Assembly (NCBI RefSeq): GCF_001194135.2
Contig: NC_068985.1
Coordinates: forward strand, 26,403,339-26,450,569
Direction: 5' to 3'
DNA from: Octopus bimaculoides
Taxonomy: Eukaryota
Length of the DNA: 47,231 bases
Below the pieces are notes generated by a model that was not told the origin of the DNA, searched no databases, and saw only the letters and a program-made list of their open reading frames with translations. A program made the translations under genes and the position numbers. Below are positions 23,293 through 36,947 of this stretch, piece by piece (the stretch's first letter is position 1; the number at the start of each line of letters is the position of its first letter).

Positions 23293-23714
23293 CCTTTCCA
23301 TGTCATTAAGTGAATCTGAAGAATGCTAGTTTTCTTTCCAAAGAAAACCATAGAATATTTAGCTCCTTTTTTTTTTTTTTTTTTTTTTTTTGCGCAATCA
23401 TTTTATTATACAGCTTTCCTGCATCGAAGAATTAAATTATGAATGGCAACATATAATTCAATCGTTATCTAGCTGGGAACGGGGTCTTGAAAGATATTTA
23501 GTGGGGGATAATTTTACTGAAAATTTTGATGAGATTCAAATAAAAGAAAAATGTAAAACATCGAACAGGAATGCTGAAACAAATAATTGGAATAGAAAAC
23601 ATTCTGCCTGTATCTGACTGGTAGACTTGTAGAAAACTTATAGACAAATTCCATTTTGTAATAGATATGAGTGAATGCTTATCAGCTCGAGTGACGTGAC
23701 GTGAACGCAAAAGG
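23293..23714. mobile_element. Possible piggyBac-type MITE
   Basis: TTAA-CCTTT at 23289 and AAAGG-TTAA ending at 23718; TIR match is short. Confidence 0.4.
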
Positions 23715-25221
23715 TTAAAAACAACCGTTATAAATCAAAACAAAAAAATAGAAAAACTTAGCTGATTTCCTTTACAACGGCAGTCTTTATCAGCTGTCGC
23801 GATAAACATATCAGGATCGAAATAGTTTAAATGCACAAGAAACTTGAGCGATTAACACCTAGAAGACACTCAAGACATTAGAAAATGCGTTTTCACAAAC
23901 ACTAATGAAAATAACAAATCAGACGTTCTTTTGAGCTACGTAACAACAGCAAACGATTTCGTGATTCATTCAGTTTTGGGTCTGCCATCAAAAGGGGACA
24001 CAAACACAGGCATAGCTGAAAAGTTAAGAGTTTTGCTTTTGCAATAAATACCCATAGCCCAGTAAACCTTCATACTCATACAGAAGACAGGAAAAAATGT
24101 AGGAAATAAGCACAGCAAAAATTATTGTTCCAGGTTTGTCTTGCAATCATATACAGTAAGGTCTGGGATCGATTCAATGTCCTGATTTGGTTGATGAGAT
24201 CGATGCGGAAACACATCGCGCGTGTGTATGTATGTGGGTATGTATCCTATAGAATGGCATATAGGATTTTAACTTCTTAACTGGACAGGTTGTGCTGAAA
24301 ATACTACTACTAAATATTAAGAGCCTCAGCAAATATCTCCGTAGATAGACGTAGGTCTTATAGCAGTTGTAAGAATAGCTACATAGCTCTTGGAATCAAG
24401 GAAACTTTTTTTAACTTCAGAACATTCTGAAAGTGTTTGGAAATGCATTGAATAGCTCCGTGAAACAATTAGAAAAGTAAACCAAGGGCCACGATTGTCA
24501 ATGAAGAGAAGAAATCCACAGGGGAAAAGATGGTGTGTCACCGATTTCATGCCCTTGTTGGTAGACCGGTACCAGAACTGAAATAAAATCAAACTAGTAT
24601 ACCTTAGTCTGGATAAGAATGTTTTTGATATGAAATCATGATTTAATTATAATGACCAAAACATACTTTTTTTTTTGCACCCGTCTATATTTCCTTCAAT
24701 CCTGAAGCGTTAGATGACTAAGAGGAATATTACCAGTTTGTTGTATCGCATAGTAGCATGAATTTGGATCCGCTCAATGTTTAGTGTTACATTTTTTTAG
24801 CAGCATTTGACCCATTGTATTTTTCAGGGTTAACGATTCCTCTCAGAACTGCAATCCCACTGGAATTACATCCCCGTCCATATTTTTTCCATCTATTCCA
24901 GTCTCTGTGCTGTGATTATGTTGAGGGTTTGCTCTTAATGTTACTCTCATATCATCTCCATAGTCAACTTTCGGTTATTAGTTTCTAGTGACTGAAGGAA
25001 TTGTAAACTGCTATCCTCATTTGTGTTTCTTGCTCTTCATTTTTTCCCCTTCAGACGCTGACCAACAGAAGTTCAAACATAATCGTCACATCGATCTCAT
25101 TTGTCTGGGAGGACTTGCTAAGTCTACTGCTCTCCTCCCCAAAAGTTTGATCAAATAAATAATAAAAAATGACAATCGTGTCCTTGAATATTGATGTCTT
25201 ACATAAACGTAACGACTCTCA

Positions 25222-25345
25222 TTGAGCAGGGCAAGAGAGAACAGTCGATTATATCGACCCAAAACTTGACTGATATTTTATTTTATCGGTATTGGAAGGA
25301 TGAACGACAAAGTTGATCCGTTAGGATTTGATCTCATGATCCTAA
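25222..25345 (-). mobile_element. Family B SINE fragment
   Basis: AGTCGATTATATCGACCC...GAAGGATGAACGACAAAGTTGA. Confidence 0.6.
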
Positions 25346-27099
25346 AAATCAATAAGCAATAAATGGTAAATAAGTTCACATTCGTACGTTTAATAAATAT
25401 TTCCTCATCTTTACTGTGTAAAAAGACTCTTTTAGGTAAACCACAAGGTTGTCTGTCTCTCTGCAGGACGAACCAGAGTACAGGTTACTTGTGAGGTCTC
25501 TCATGAGTGCTACTGGCAACATGGAATCCAGTACAATCTGTTGCATAGTCAGGTCGTCGGTGACTAAATCGGTACCTCGACTAGGCTTGCCTGAAACCTA
25601 GGGTTGCTAGAAACCTAGCATGACTATAAACAAGACTTATTAAAAGGACTGATGGACCTAGTATAGGTTCAACGACCATCTGGCAATAGCAGGGACCCTG
25701 AGAAATTCCGAGTTGGTATCCAGTGTGTTGAAGACCACTGGCAGTGAGGCACCCTTTAGCTTTAAACTAAGTGAACCAGCCTTAATCTCAAGGTACATCT
25801 GTTCCAATAATCGGCGAGGTCTTGGTCAGCGAATCCTCTGCGATGATTGACAATCGACAACGAGATGAACTGGTATGGATCACACTATCTCAGAGAGTGC
25901 ATGCATGTGACCGGGGACCATTCGTGAACTTGTATTCCCACTGAAACACCGAACAGGTCGGAGCCAGCTCAACCCACCCCGGGTGAATACCACCGAAAAT
26001 ACAAATAAGTAATTACAGCTCCACGAGTTAAGACTGATCATACCTGTCTTATCAACCAAGAAAACTCATATTAGCTCTATATACACCACCACGAGAGAGA
26101 GAGGGAAGAAAGGAGAGAGAATAACTTAAAACAACTTATTAACAAGGCATCAAGCAAAAGGTATTGGTTTTAAACATTTGTTTGTCAGTGCATTCTCTGT
26201 AAGATGATATGAAAGATAATAAAGTATCGGGATAGCGCGAGCGTGTCCGTGCATCAGTTGTGAAAAGGTTCATGTGCATACGTTTGATGAATATGTAAGG
26301 GACGACCGTGCGAACTCAAAAAAGGAGAAATGGTGACGAATGGAAAAACAGAGGACTCCTTTTATTTAAACGTGTCACACGATCGAAAACACAATATTAT
26401 ATATATCAGATATGATATACAAAATGTTATACGACGATAACATAGATGACCAGTAATGAAAGACCACAACCGTATTAGATGAATAACAGAGATATTTATT
26501 GTAGCGTTAAAGATGTATGTCTGTGTGAGAGTGTGAATGCGACATATAAGAACATAATCAAAGACAGGCCGTCATACAAAGAAAAGTGTGTATGTGAGTG
26601 ATACATGTGTGTATGAGTGTTTACAGCAGATAGAAAGNNNNNNNNNNNNNNNNNNNNNNNNNNNNNNNNNNNNNNNNNNNNNNNNNNNNNNNNNNNNNNN
26701 NNNNNNNNNNNNNNNNNNNNNNNNNNNNNNNNNNNNNNNNNNNNNNNNNNNNNNNNNNNNNNNNNNNNNNNNNNNNNNNNNNNNNNNNNNNNNNNNNNNN
26801 NNNNNNNNNNNNNNNNNNNNNNNNNNNNNNNNNNNNNNNNNNNNNNNNNNNNNNNNNNNNNNNNNNNNNNNNNNNNNNNNNNNNNNNNNNNNNNNNNNNN
26901 NNNNNNNNNNNNNNNNNNNNNNNNNNNNNNNNNNNNNNNNNNNNNNNNNNNNNNNNNNNNNNNNNNNNNNNNNNNNNNNNNNNNNNNNNNNNNNNNNNNN
27001 NNNNNNNNNNNNNNNNNNNNNNNNNNNNNNNNNNNNNNNNNNNNNNNNNNNNNNNNNNNNNNNNNNNNNNNNNNNNNNNNNNNNNNNNNNNNNNNNNNN

Positions 27100-27400
27100 C
27101 ATCGTTGGCTGGACGAAGCTGTTGAAGTGGTCGCTGGCTACTTGTTGCTGCTGTTGTCGTGTGGTACACGGAACAGTTCTCAAAGAGAAACTGGACCGAG
27201 ACCAATTTGTTGGGTATGAGTTGATCTATTTATAGCGTTAAGAGGGCTCCAAGACGGTGATAGAATTTTACTCTATCACGTGACCTTATTAGGGGCTGTG
27301 ATTGGTCAGTTTGCGTTCTGGTGGGAACGGTTCGAAGAAGTTGCCGATTCGAATAATAATCAGTCACGTGATGACAAGGAATGGGTTCTCTACTACGCTC
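27100..27400 (-). promoter_or_regulatory. Candidate Pol II promoter and 5' UTR (CCAAT, two CACGTG E-boxes, TATAAATA) ending in ATG at the gap edge
   Basis: Minus strand order: GACCAATCA, GTCACGTGA, CTATAAATAG, about 125 nt leader, then CCAACGATG at 27102-27100. Confidence 0.45.
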
Positions 27401-27816
27401 GCATTTATTTATATTTAAATGAGAAGATTGTATGTAATGGCGATAGTAGTTTGTATCTAATGGCGGGAGGTAGTTTCACTACAAATATATTATTCAATGC
27501 CCTTGTGTGATTAAGAGCCAGTATTTAAACTAAAGGTCTCTCTCCGAGGGACGAACCCAAGCACAGCTCGACTAGTTTCGACTATCAAATGTATGCACGG
27601 GAAGCTATTCTCAATTTATTCACAAATTACTATTAGTATTTTAGGTATTGTTATCTATTGTACTTATTTTTAAACGAGTAAAATCGGTACCCGTTATTTA
27701 TTGTAATTTTTTTATTAATTCAAAGCTATTTCTCCTAATTTTAGGACAAATACTATTTAGTAGTATACATTTGGCAACATGAAAGTAGTCGAACTGGTTT
27801 CGGGTTCGTCCCGCGC

Positions 27817-27849
<33 letters not shown>

Positions 27850-28433
27850 AATCCCTGAAGTTTGGAAAACAATCAAACACATTCGCGCGCTCTGTTCTTT
27901 TCGCATATATGCAAGCAATCACAACTTTTACACGTACATTTAAATCTAGTCTTATATTCAGTGTATAAATTCGAATATATTGCAATATATGTTGCAGCTC
28001 TATCTAGATAGATAAGTAGATTGTTACAACTTAATTCTATCAGTCAAGTCTTTGGGGGATTTATTATAAAAGGTATAAAAGTATTGCAGGGTTTGTTTAT
28101 AGGTCATATGTTAACACGTAATTCAATGACTCCTTGAAATGAGCTGCACGATGTTAATTACGAAAACTTGAGTGTTATTTCGACACCTAAACAACATTTA
28201 ATTGCCAGTACAAATGCTGTATTAAATTTACAACTTAGAAACCACTTCAGATCTTTTCTCTTATTTACCAACTCGTGTTACACTTTCATAACATCTTTAT
28301 TATAAATAAAAAGGAAAATCTTAATGACTGAGCGGATAAGGTCTCGGTGTCACCCCTGAAGAATTGTTCATATCCTGGTGACTGGCATTATACTGTGTGT
28401 CCTTAACCCTCCACTTCCCATCCAATTGCTGTA

Positions 28434-28463
<30 letters not shown>

Positions 28464-28467
<4 letters not shown>

Positions 28468-29763
28468 GGAGAGTCAAAAATTATACGCACTCTTGTATTT
28501 TCAATGTATTTACACAAAAGCAGGGGATAAACAAGTACGTCATTTTTCTATATAGTTACCTTCCTTTTTGATGCACTTGGTCCAGTGGTCCACAAGCTTG
28601 CGTTTTCTCTCCAAGAAGGTTTCCGATTGGTCGTGCAACCATTTATTCACCGCTTCCTTCACATTTTCATCCGTAGGAAATCGACGACCTCGTAAATCAT
28701 CTTTGAGCGGTCCAAAGATATGATAGTCGGAAGGGGCGAGATATGGGCTGTAGGCAGGGTGTTCCAGCATTTCAAAGCCCAACTGGTTAATGGTTTCAAC
28801 GGTCTGGGCGGCCGTGTGTGGGTGTGCATTGTCATGCAACAAGAAAGCTTTCTTCAACAATAGGCTTCGGCGATTGGTGCAAATTGCAGGCTTCAGTTTG
28901 TTGGTTAGCAAAGTACTGTATTTTGCACTGTTAATCATACACCCATTTTCCAAGTAGTCTTCCAGTATAGGTCCTTTTGAGTCCCCCAAAAGGGTTAGTA
29001 TCACCTTTCCCGCGGAAGACTGAGTCTTGAATTTCTTCGTCGCTAGCGAGCCAGGATGTTTTCACTCCATACTCTGTGTTTTGGATTCTGCCTCATAATG
29101 ATGAATCCACGTTTCATCCTCTGTCACTATTCTAGTCAAAAATTCCTCGCCCTCATTGTTGTAGCGATCGAGTAAACGTTGGCAGACCTCAAGACGTTTG
29201 TGTTCTGAAGTAAGCTCTCTTGGCACCCGTCACGTACAGACTTTATGGATGCTGAGTTCATCGTGGATGATTTGATAGGCAGAACCATGACTAATTTGCA
29301 GAGAACGAGCTACCTTATCGATGATAACTCGCCGGTTCAATATTACAATCTCTCGAGCTTGTTGAAACTTCTCGTCAATCATGGAGGTTGACGGGCGTTC
29401 TGCTCCCTCTTCTTGCGTCACGCTTATCCGGCTACTTTTAAACTTTTCGATCCACTCATACACACTTCTACGCGGTAGTGCACTGGCCTTGTATTGTGCT
29501 AAAAACCCTCGATGAATTCCAACACCTGACACACCTTCCGAGCAGAGAAATCAGATTACTGCTCTTTGTTATTCTTTGGTGCACATTGCTAGTAGAGCGG
29601 CCATGCTTACATTGTAAAGCTAGAAAGAAAAATGGCGTGATCAGGCACAAACTTCGACCACGTGACCACAACAGTATCAATTATAAGCACACATACGCAG
29701 AAGGCAGTATGACAATGATAAAGATATATTAGGGCGAAAGTGCGGATAATCTTTGACTTCCCA
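28464..29763 (-). mobile_element. Full-length decayed mariner (irritans/Hsmar2-like), about 1.3 kb
   Basis: TIRs TGAGGGAGAGTCAAAAATTATACGCACT and AGTGCGGATAATCTTTGACTTCCCA; TA flanks; motifs IVTEDETW, LHDNAHPH, HPAYSPYLAPSDY. Confidence 0.92.
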
Positions 29764-29924
29764 TAGGGTGATCCCTAATAAACAGTGGAGAATTACTGAG
29801 TGTCATCAGAGATTCGCTCAACACGATATTGTTCCTCACTATTTATGCTATTTATATTTATGCTGCGATTCTCTAAAGTACTTGAGGTTCAAGATGATTG
29901 AAAGTCAGGAAGTAATATTAGTTT

Positions 29925-30132
29925 CAAATTTTGGCACAAGGCCAGTAATTACGGGGTGAGGGTAAGTCGACTACATTGATCCCGGGGCTCAACTAGTACT
30001 TATTTTATCGACCCCAAAAGGACGAAAGGCAATGTCGACTTCGGCGGAATTTGAACCCAGAACGTAAAGAAGGACGAAATGCCTCTAAGCATTTCGCCCG
30101 ACGTGTTAACGATTTTGCCAGCTCGCTGCCTT
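29925..30132 (-). mobile_element. Family B SINE
   Basis: Reverse complement of the family B head and body. Confidence 0.8.
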
Positions 30133-31529
30133 GATTCAGGAAGTAAAATTGCTGAGAAGTTATTTCAACATGATTGTATATTTAATTTTAATTTGAAGCA
30201 GTCTGAACCAGTAATTATTTTCCTCTGGTATACAGGAATTGGTTTTCGTAAGAATTTTCTGTTATGGAGAGTAATACCTCTCCCAGAACCTTCTATTTGT
30301 ATCTGATATTGATCAAACTGATGTTTCTAAATTACTGACCCTGTCATTCCATTCTGGAGGATTTATTCCAGTTTGTGATCTGGTTTTATCTCCAACAATA
30401 AGTGATGAAAGCTGCTTGATATGATCAAAAAGTCATTCAGTTTATGCACCCATTGCGAAGATCATTCTTTGAAAAGAATATTTCCTGCTGTCTTATGACG
30501 GTTATATAAGCTTGTGTCTCAGAGTGTCACAATTTGTTTGGCGGCTGATTGTACTAATAATGATTAATGGCAATTACTTGTGTATAATCTGTTTTCTCGG
30601 AGTATGTTACAACGTGCAAAAAATCGAAGAGAACACTTTCATTTTCCTGTATTGACTTCCTTTGTTTCGTTAACTTTGATCTGAGTTTGTTACTGCATAT
30701 TTTTGAAAAGCGTCGTTCACAGAAAATTTTTATGTGAGATTTAGAGATGAAGCAAGCAGGAATGGCAGACTGGAAGTGAGTAGAAAAGAGCTACGGATTT
30801 CTAGCAGAGAAGACCGAAATAATCGTGGGGGCCGTAGAGTGAAGTATGTGTGAGCGTGTTTTCGTAGGTATGTGCGTAAGCGAATAAAGAATCCTGTATA
30901 GCAGAATGGTTGTGTGTGTGTGGTGGTGGTGGTGGGGGGGATGCGCGCACAGGTAATAATAAAGAATAAATGTGTTGGTGGCGGGAATAAGATGCCATAC
31001 TGTGTGGTTAGTATTATCAAAGAAACATAAATCGGATAAACTGTTATTCTCAACGAAGCCAGGAAATAAGAGAACATAGTGTTTGTTGTTAACAGCCGCA
31101 AGATGCTGGTAGGAATAACCCTGAGAACTGAAGTGGTAGGCTTGAGTTATCCAGTGTTGTTATGCTGACCGTCCAATAAGACGTTCCCTAAAATGATTAA
31201 CTAACGGCCGGCCATTTTCTGCTGGGAACGGAAAGCTTAGACCAGATTCGATCTGCTAAACTTTTGATTCGTTTATAGTGAATCTCGCTTCCTACTTGTT
31301 ATTATCTCATTGACTACAGTAAGGAAAGGAAACTTCTGTTTGACCTTTTTGAACTCTGTCTCATTAAATCATCGGCTTAACTCCTTGATGTAAGCAGAGA
31401 CAGAGTTCATTCCTTGAATACTATCATCAGTCTAACAAACAAACTGTCACAACACATGCATTCATCCAAATTCCTGTTGAACCAACACGCACATTTGCAT
31501 TATACATTTCCTCATATATTGCTATAGAT

Positions 31530-31800
31530 CAGTGGTTCTTAGCCGGGATCCATATGGGCCTTGTGGGTGGGTGGGGGTCAATACAAGATTTTGTTGTTAA
31601 AATGTATGAGTAATAAATTACTTATACTTTTACAATACACAAAGTATTGTAACAATTGTTTGAAATACAATTTCTAATAATATTTAATAATAAAAATGCA
31701 ATAGGATTTTTTAAATATCGAATGGATAGGAGGGTCCATCTGAGTAAAATAGGAATCAAAGGGGTCTATAGATAAAAAAAAAAATGGTTGAGAAAAATTG
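31530..31800. mobile_element. hAT (Charlie-like) MITE, same family as 13672-14027
   Basis: CAGTGGTTCT...GGTTGAGAAAAATTG with a perfect 8-bp TSD CTATAGAT. Confidence 0.85.
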
Positions 31801-31929
31801 CTATAGATTTAAATATACTCGAATCGGCATTTAGTATAAATGTTTGTAAAGGTTTTGCAAATCTCAAACGACAAAACGCATGATTGTTTACAATCGTTAC
31901 AAAAGCAATTTTACATTTGGTGACTCCTG

Positions 31930-32720
31930 TTTACACACATTTACACCCGATATACAACATACCAAAGAATTAGCATTTAATGCAATAGCTGACATTTTTG
32001 AAAGTGCATTTAAAGTGCCTCATGATAGAAAGATGATCTCGGATTGTGTAGGATGGTGATATTATATGCGACGTGTCAAGTATTGTAGCACAAGCGAGCG
32101 CATGCAAAGGTGTGGAAAAAGCCGAAGGAACTGGGTGTGAACCAGAAAAATCTTCCATTTTGAAGTCGCTGCTGTAAGAAGGGGAAATGGTGTTCGGGAA
32201 AACTGTAGGCGGTGGCAGAGTTGGATTCGCAGACACGGAAGTTTTGCAGAATGGAGCGTTGGAGTAGTCAGGCGGGGGAATGGAAAGTGAGGCAGGAAGT
32301 AAAAGTAGTTAGTGGTAGGACGAGTAGAGGATAGAATGGCGGAGTTGCGGTCAATAGCGAAGGCACAACAAAGAGCAGTGTCGATGGCAAATGGGGAATA
32401 ACTAAACTGTTGGAAGAAGTCGACCACTATGTATAATCTAGCATTGAAGCCAGAGTCTCGGTTATTAAAATGGCAGTGACGGAAGAATTAGGCGTAAGGG
32501 ATGGCAAATTTGGTGAGAGTAGGGTGGGATGAGATAAAAGAAAGATAGAAAGGGAGTTGATAGGTTTTGAAAGACAGAGTAGGTATACTTGGGAAGTGGT
32601 AGAGATGGAAGGGGTGAATTTTAAGCCAGAGTGAGAGGAGTTAAGGAAAGTAATGAAGGAAATGTGCAGTTTGCTGGTGAGAAGAGTGGTGCTAATACAG
32701 TTACCCATGTAACGATTCTG
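31930..32720 (-). mobile_element. Penelope-like element fragment (RT thumb to GIY-YIG endonuclease), decayed
   Basis: FITFLNSSHSGLKFTPSISTTS, LDYT, MVDFFQQFSYSPFAIDTAL and HFKCTFKNVSYCIKC*FFGMLYIG (GIY-YIG motif). Confidence 0.75.
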
Positions 32721-32974
32721 TATAGCACATGGGAAGGGGCTGGTGGAAAAAGCTTGAAGGTTTGGGTATCATGTTAATCAGCAAAAAGTTTATTTGTTTG
32801 ATGTAAAATTTAGCGTTCGAAATCCATACAAAGCTAACGCATTTAAAAGTAATAGCAAACAAATACTGATTAATAGACGTATGCAAGTACTTAAACAATC
32901 AGTTTGAATCAGATACGAATAACAACGCTCCTGTTGAAATTCATAATACCGTAAAAATAAATAAATAAAATAAT

Positions 32975-33150
32975 CCTTTCTACTATAGGTACACGATCTG
33001 AAATTTTGGGGACGATTACACTGATCTCAATATGCAACTGGTGCTTATTCTAACGACCCCGAAAGGATGAAAGGCATAGTCAACCTCGACGGAATTTGAA
33101 CTCAGAACATAAAGATGGATAAAATGCCTCTAAGCATTTTGTCCAGCGTA
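32975..33150 (-). mobile_element. Family B SINE
   Basis: CGACCCCGAAAGGATGAAAGGC...GGAATTTGAACTCAGAAC. Confidence 0.75.
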
Positions 33151-33699
33151 GATAAACATTTTGATTCTAAATATCAATAGTAAATAACTGGTACATGTTT
33201 AGAATAATGATCAGAAGTATCATTCTGTAACAGCCACACATATATTATCTCGTCTGTCTTACAAGTTGGTGCAAATTTAACCATCAGTAATTAATACAAA
33301 ATAGAACACCAAAGTTACCGTTAATCATTGATATTTAGTATCAAATGTTATAATTTGTTGCAGGAAATGTATAAAAATCTCATTGAATCTCTTCTCATTT
33401 TTCTCTGGCAAATCATTTGCATCTAATTCAAATTATTTGAAATTCATTTTTGTTTGTAACTCTTTTCTGAAGTTATAATTCTTATAACATTTGGATTCGA
33501 TCCCATGTTTTACCACATAGAAATCCAAATTTGATCATGTGCGCAAACCCAATTGTTGTCCAATCAACAGCTTTTGTTCATGTGATAATCTGATGGCATG
33601 ACAAGAGACTACACATACAGAAGAGCTGTATTTGTAGCTTCAGAGTTGCTTAGTTTCTTAGGCTGGGAGTGTGTTATTTTTTTTGAAAGGTCTGTGTAA

Positions 33700-36628
33700 A
33701 ATTGCATTGTTGCTTGCTTGCAAGAATTGTTTATTTTTTTGTTGTGGTTTCCCGTAAGGGAAACGTTGTTGAACTGTCATTGTATAAATTTCCTTGTGAA
33801 ATTGTTGGCCTCCCCCACGGGAGAAGGAATTGTTTATTAATTACAAACTGTGTTCCATAGGAACGAACCTTGATATCGATATTGTAACAATATCTTGTTT
33901 AAAAGTGAAAATGTCTTCAGTTGAAGTAAGAAACTTCGCTTTCGTTGTGGGAAAAAAAGAAAACTTGACGTTCAAGAAAGAAGAAATTCAAGCCTTATAC
34001 AGCATGATCCACGAGGAAAATGGTGAAAGCCGAATCACACCCACCAGCGAGATTCTGAATTGGAAAAAGGAGTGTACAATTGTCTACAAAACTTACGACT
34101 GTGAAAGAAAAAGATTCGAACACCTTGAAGAAAGCACTATAGAAAAATACCTCGGGCTAGTGTTAGGTCAGATAAAATAACTGACCCGAGGTATCAAATT
34201 TGCAACTGTAGAAGCAAGGTTCGAGTCGGCCGAGAGGGCAAAAGAAATATCGACTCGAACCTTGCAAAGGGGTAACATTATGTTGCTACAACTATATCTG
34301 GGACGTAGAACGTCCGGATTAAGATTTAAAATATCCCACCAGAGATAGAAATCGCGTGAATAATTGCCACCCTTCTATACGGAAGAGAAGAAAAAATAAA
34401 CATGATACAGATATCCAGGGATGCCCCACAAAACTGGAAAGGGCAAACTCTGGAGATCCTGACCCAAGCAACAACAACAGATCTGGAGAAATTACCAGAG
34501 AAAATATGTATCGGTGAAGATACCGCATTGGCTGTACATGTAGAGGGGAGGAAGCCCAGATGCTTCAAATGTGGAAAAATGGGGCACCTGAGGACAAATT
34601 GCCCCCAACAAAAAAAAAGCACAACTGAAAGAACAAGAAGCACAGGAGAGGGAGCAGGAGGAGAATGTAGAAAGAGGAGGCGCCCTCAGCCACAGAGGCT
34701 ATTACGCAGAGAGCGACCACTGAAACAGAACAAGTCGAAAAATCAGTCGAAGTGACACCGTCAGTAGAAGGGATGGACTTCGAGATGATGTCACGAAAAT
34801 GACGTAAGAAAACAGTGGAGCTGCCTACTAAAGAGGCGGCTCCGAAAATCAAAGAAAGAAAACAAATGTAGCAATCCGGAAGGAAAAAAAACAACAAAAG
34901 GAAAAACCTTTATGACATTAAAAATAGAAAAAACCTAAGCCCGACAAGGAGATGACCACAGTGGTATATAAGAACACCAACAACTCCATGATGGGGGTAA
35001 TTAAACCCAATTTACAAAGTAAGATATACCAATCAAACAACAACAAAAATCCAAATAGCATTGCAAAGATCCTGAAAGAACTATATAAGGACTTTAAGAA
35101 AAGATATCCGAAAGAAATTATTGAGTTAAAAGACCTACCAAAAGTGTTCGACCCGCCGGAAGAACCACCTATGGAAGAAGTAAAGGGGGAAATCCCACCT
35201 GCACGAGTGCTGAGGATGATCCCCCTCAGACTAAAAACGTAAGTAGATCTCCTTCTTTTCCTGTTTGTTTTTTTCATGGCTACGCTACGCGTAGGTTGTT
35301 TAAATGTATGTGGCCTGAGTTCAAAGTGGAAGCAAGCCTGTTTCCTCGATGACTTCAAGTCACATAAAATTGACATTATGGTTGCTACAGAGACCAAGTT
35401 GGACAAGATGCACGCCTTATCAAACTTCCTGAAAGACCATGAGAAAATCATGTCTCCTAGTCGGACAGAGGGAGCGGGTAGCATTGTGGTTTTGATCCGA
35501 AAAAGCTTGGCTTTGCAGACACGCGCAGTCTTTTTAGGCCCAAAAGGTGATTCGGTCGTTCTGGATCTGATTTTCAGTGGTAAGACCTTCAGGTTGATAG
35601 GTATTTACGCGCCTAGCACAGAAGGCAAACGGAATGAGTTCTATCGACGCCTGGAGGATTTTCTTGTGACATCAAGGACGATAGTTATGTTAGGAGACTT
35701 TAACGCTGTACTGGATGCACACCTGGACAACGTTGGCTCGACCGATAGGAAAAGTAACTCACGCCTCATCGATCTACTGAAGCGATTTAGGCTGGCGGAT
35801 CGATTCAGACTTGAGAATCCGAGCGTTCCAATGTGGACTTGGAGTAATAACGACGGATCTCGCAGAAATACCAGAGATAGCTCCTCCTTTAGCTGTCCAC
35901 AATTTACGTATATACCATATATAGATCACAAATTAGTGACGTGTAGGGTATATATAGATAAAATCCATAGACAGGGATCTGGTTACTGGAAGTTGAACAA
36001 GACCCTATTGGCTTGCGAAATATACCGTAACCAGATTAAGGAGTTAGTCACGAGGACACTCATTGGTACCGTGTTGAATAACCGGTGGTGGGTGGACCTC
36101 AAAAGAGCCATTCGACTTGAGTCTATTAGATTTAGCAAACAGTTAAGTCTAGAGCAGGCTAGAGTAGAAGGGTCTTTAGTTAAGGCATTAGAAGAGGCGG
36201 TGAGAGTGGGCTCTTCACCCCAAGTTTTGGCGGCGAGATCGACCTTGGACTGACACCTCAAAGCCAAACACGAAGGTTGCAGAGTCCGGGCTAAAATACG
36301 TGCACTGNNNNNNNNNNNNNNNNNNNNNNNNNNNNNNNNNNNNNNNNNNNNNNNNNNNNNNNNNNNNNNNNNNNNNNNNNNNNNNNNNNNNNNNNNNNNN
36401 NNNNNNNNNNNNNNNNNNNNNNNNNNNNNNNNNNNNNNNNNNNNNNNNNNNNNNNNNNNNNNNNNNNNNNNNNNNNNNNNNNNNNNNNNNNNNNNNNNNN
36501 NNNNNNNNNNNNNNNNCTGGCCGGCGGCCCGTGCCTCTCTGAACGCGAGCCGGAGCGCTGTGAAGGGCCGATCACAGAGGTGCTTTCCGGGTGCCCCGGG
36601 ACAAGTCGCCGGGACTGGATGGCCTTCC
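33700..36628 (+). mobile_element. L1/Tx1-clade LINE: decayed ORF1 (CCHC knuckle), APE endonuclease, start of RT; 3'-truncated
   Basis: ORF1 from 33911 with KPRCFKCGKMGHLRTNCP; ORF2 35276-36253 with LNVCGL, TETKL, GDFNA, IDH, YWKLN; after the gap DKSPGLDGLP. 5' boundary approximate. Confidence 0.9.
35276..36253 (+). pseudogene. LINE ORF2 APE-type endonuclease domain (premature TGA; frame continues to the gap)
   Basis: 325-aa ORF with exonuclease-endonuclease-phosphatase motifs. Confidence 0.88.
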
Positions 36629-36947
36629 AGAACGTAAAGACAGGCGAAATATCGCTAAGCATTTCGCCCGGCGTGCTAACATTTCTGCCAGCTCACCGCC
36701 TTGCTGGTCAAATATATCAAGTTCAAACCGGTTGGGAAAGCGAGCTGTGACAAATTGATTTCTTTTGGCAGTCTCCCTTCTTTTCATCCATAGGGATGCG
36801 TTTTTCAGTTAGCTATTTTCGTCGAATTCAGAGGGCAGTGATTCGTCAAAACCTCTTTGGAGCTGCTTCTTGTCCATAAGGCGCTTGAGTTTATACATGC
36901 ATGCATACAGACAGACATACATACACACATATACATATATATGTAAA

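Noticed and set aside
27320-27345. Heat-shock element in the gap-edge promoter
   Set aside because: GAA/TTC spacing is 3 nt rather than the required 2 nt.
31350-31409. 13-bp inverted repeat TGAACTCTGTCTC / GAGACAGAGTTCA, with CTGATGA nearby on the minus strand
   Set aside because: No TSD for a MITE and no GAAA in register for a hammerhead.
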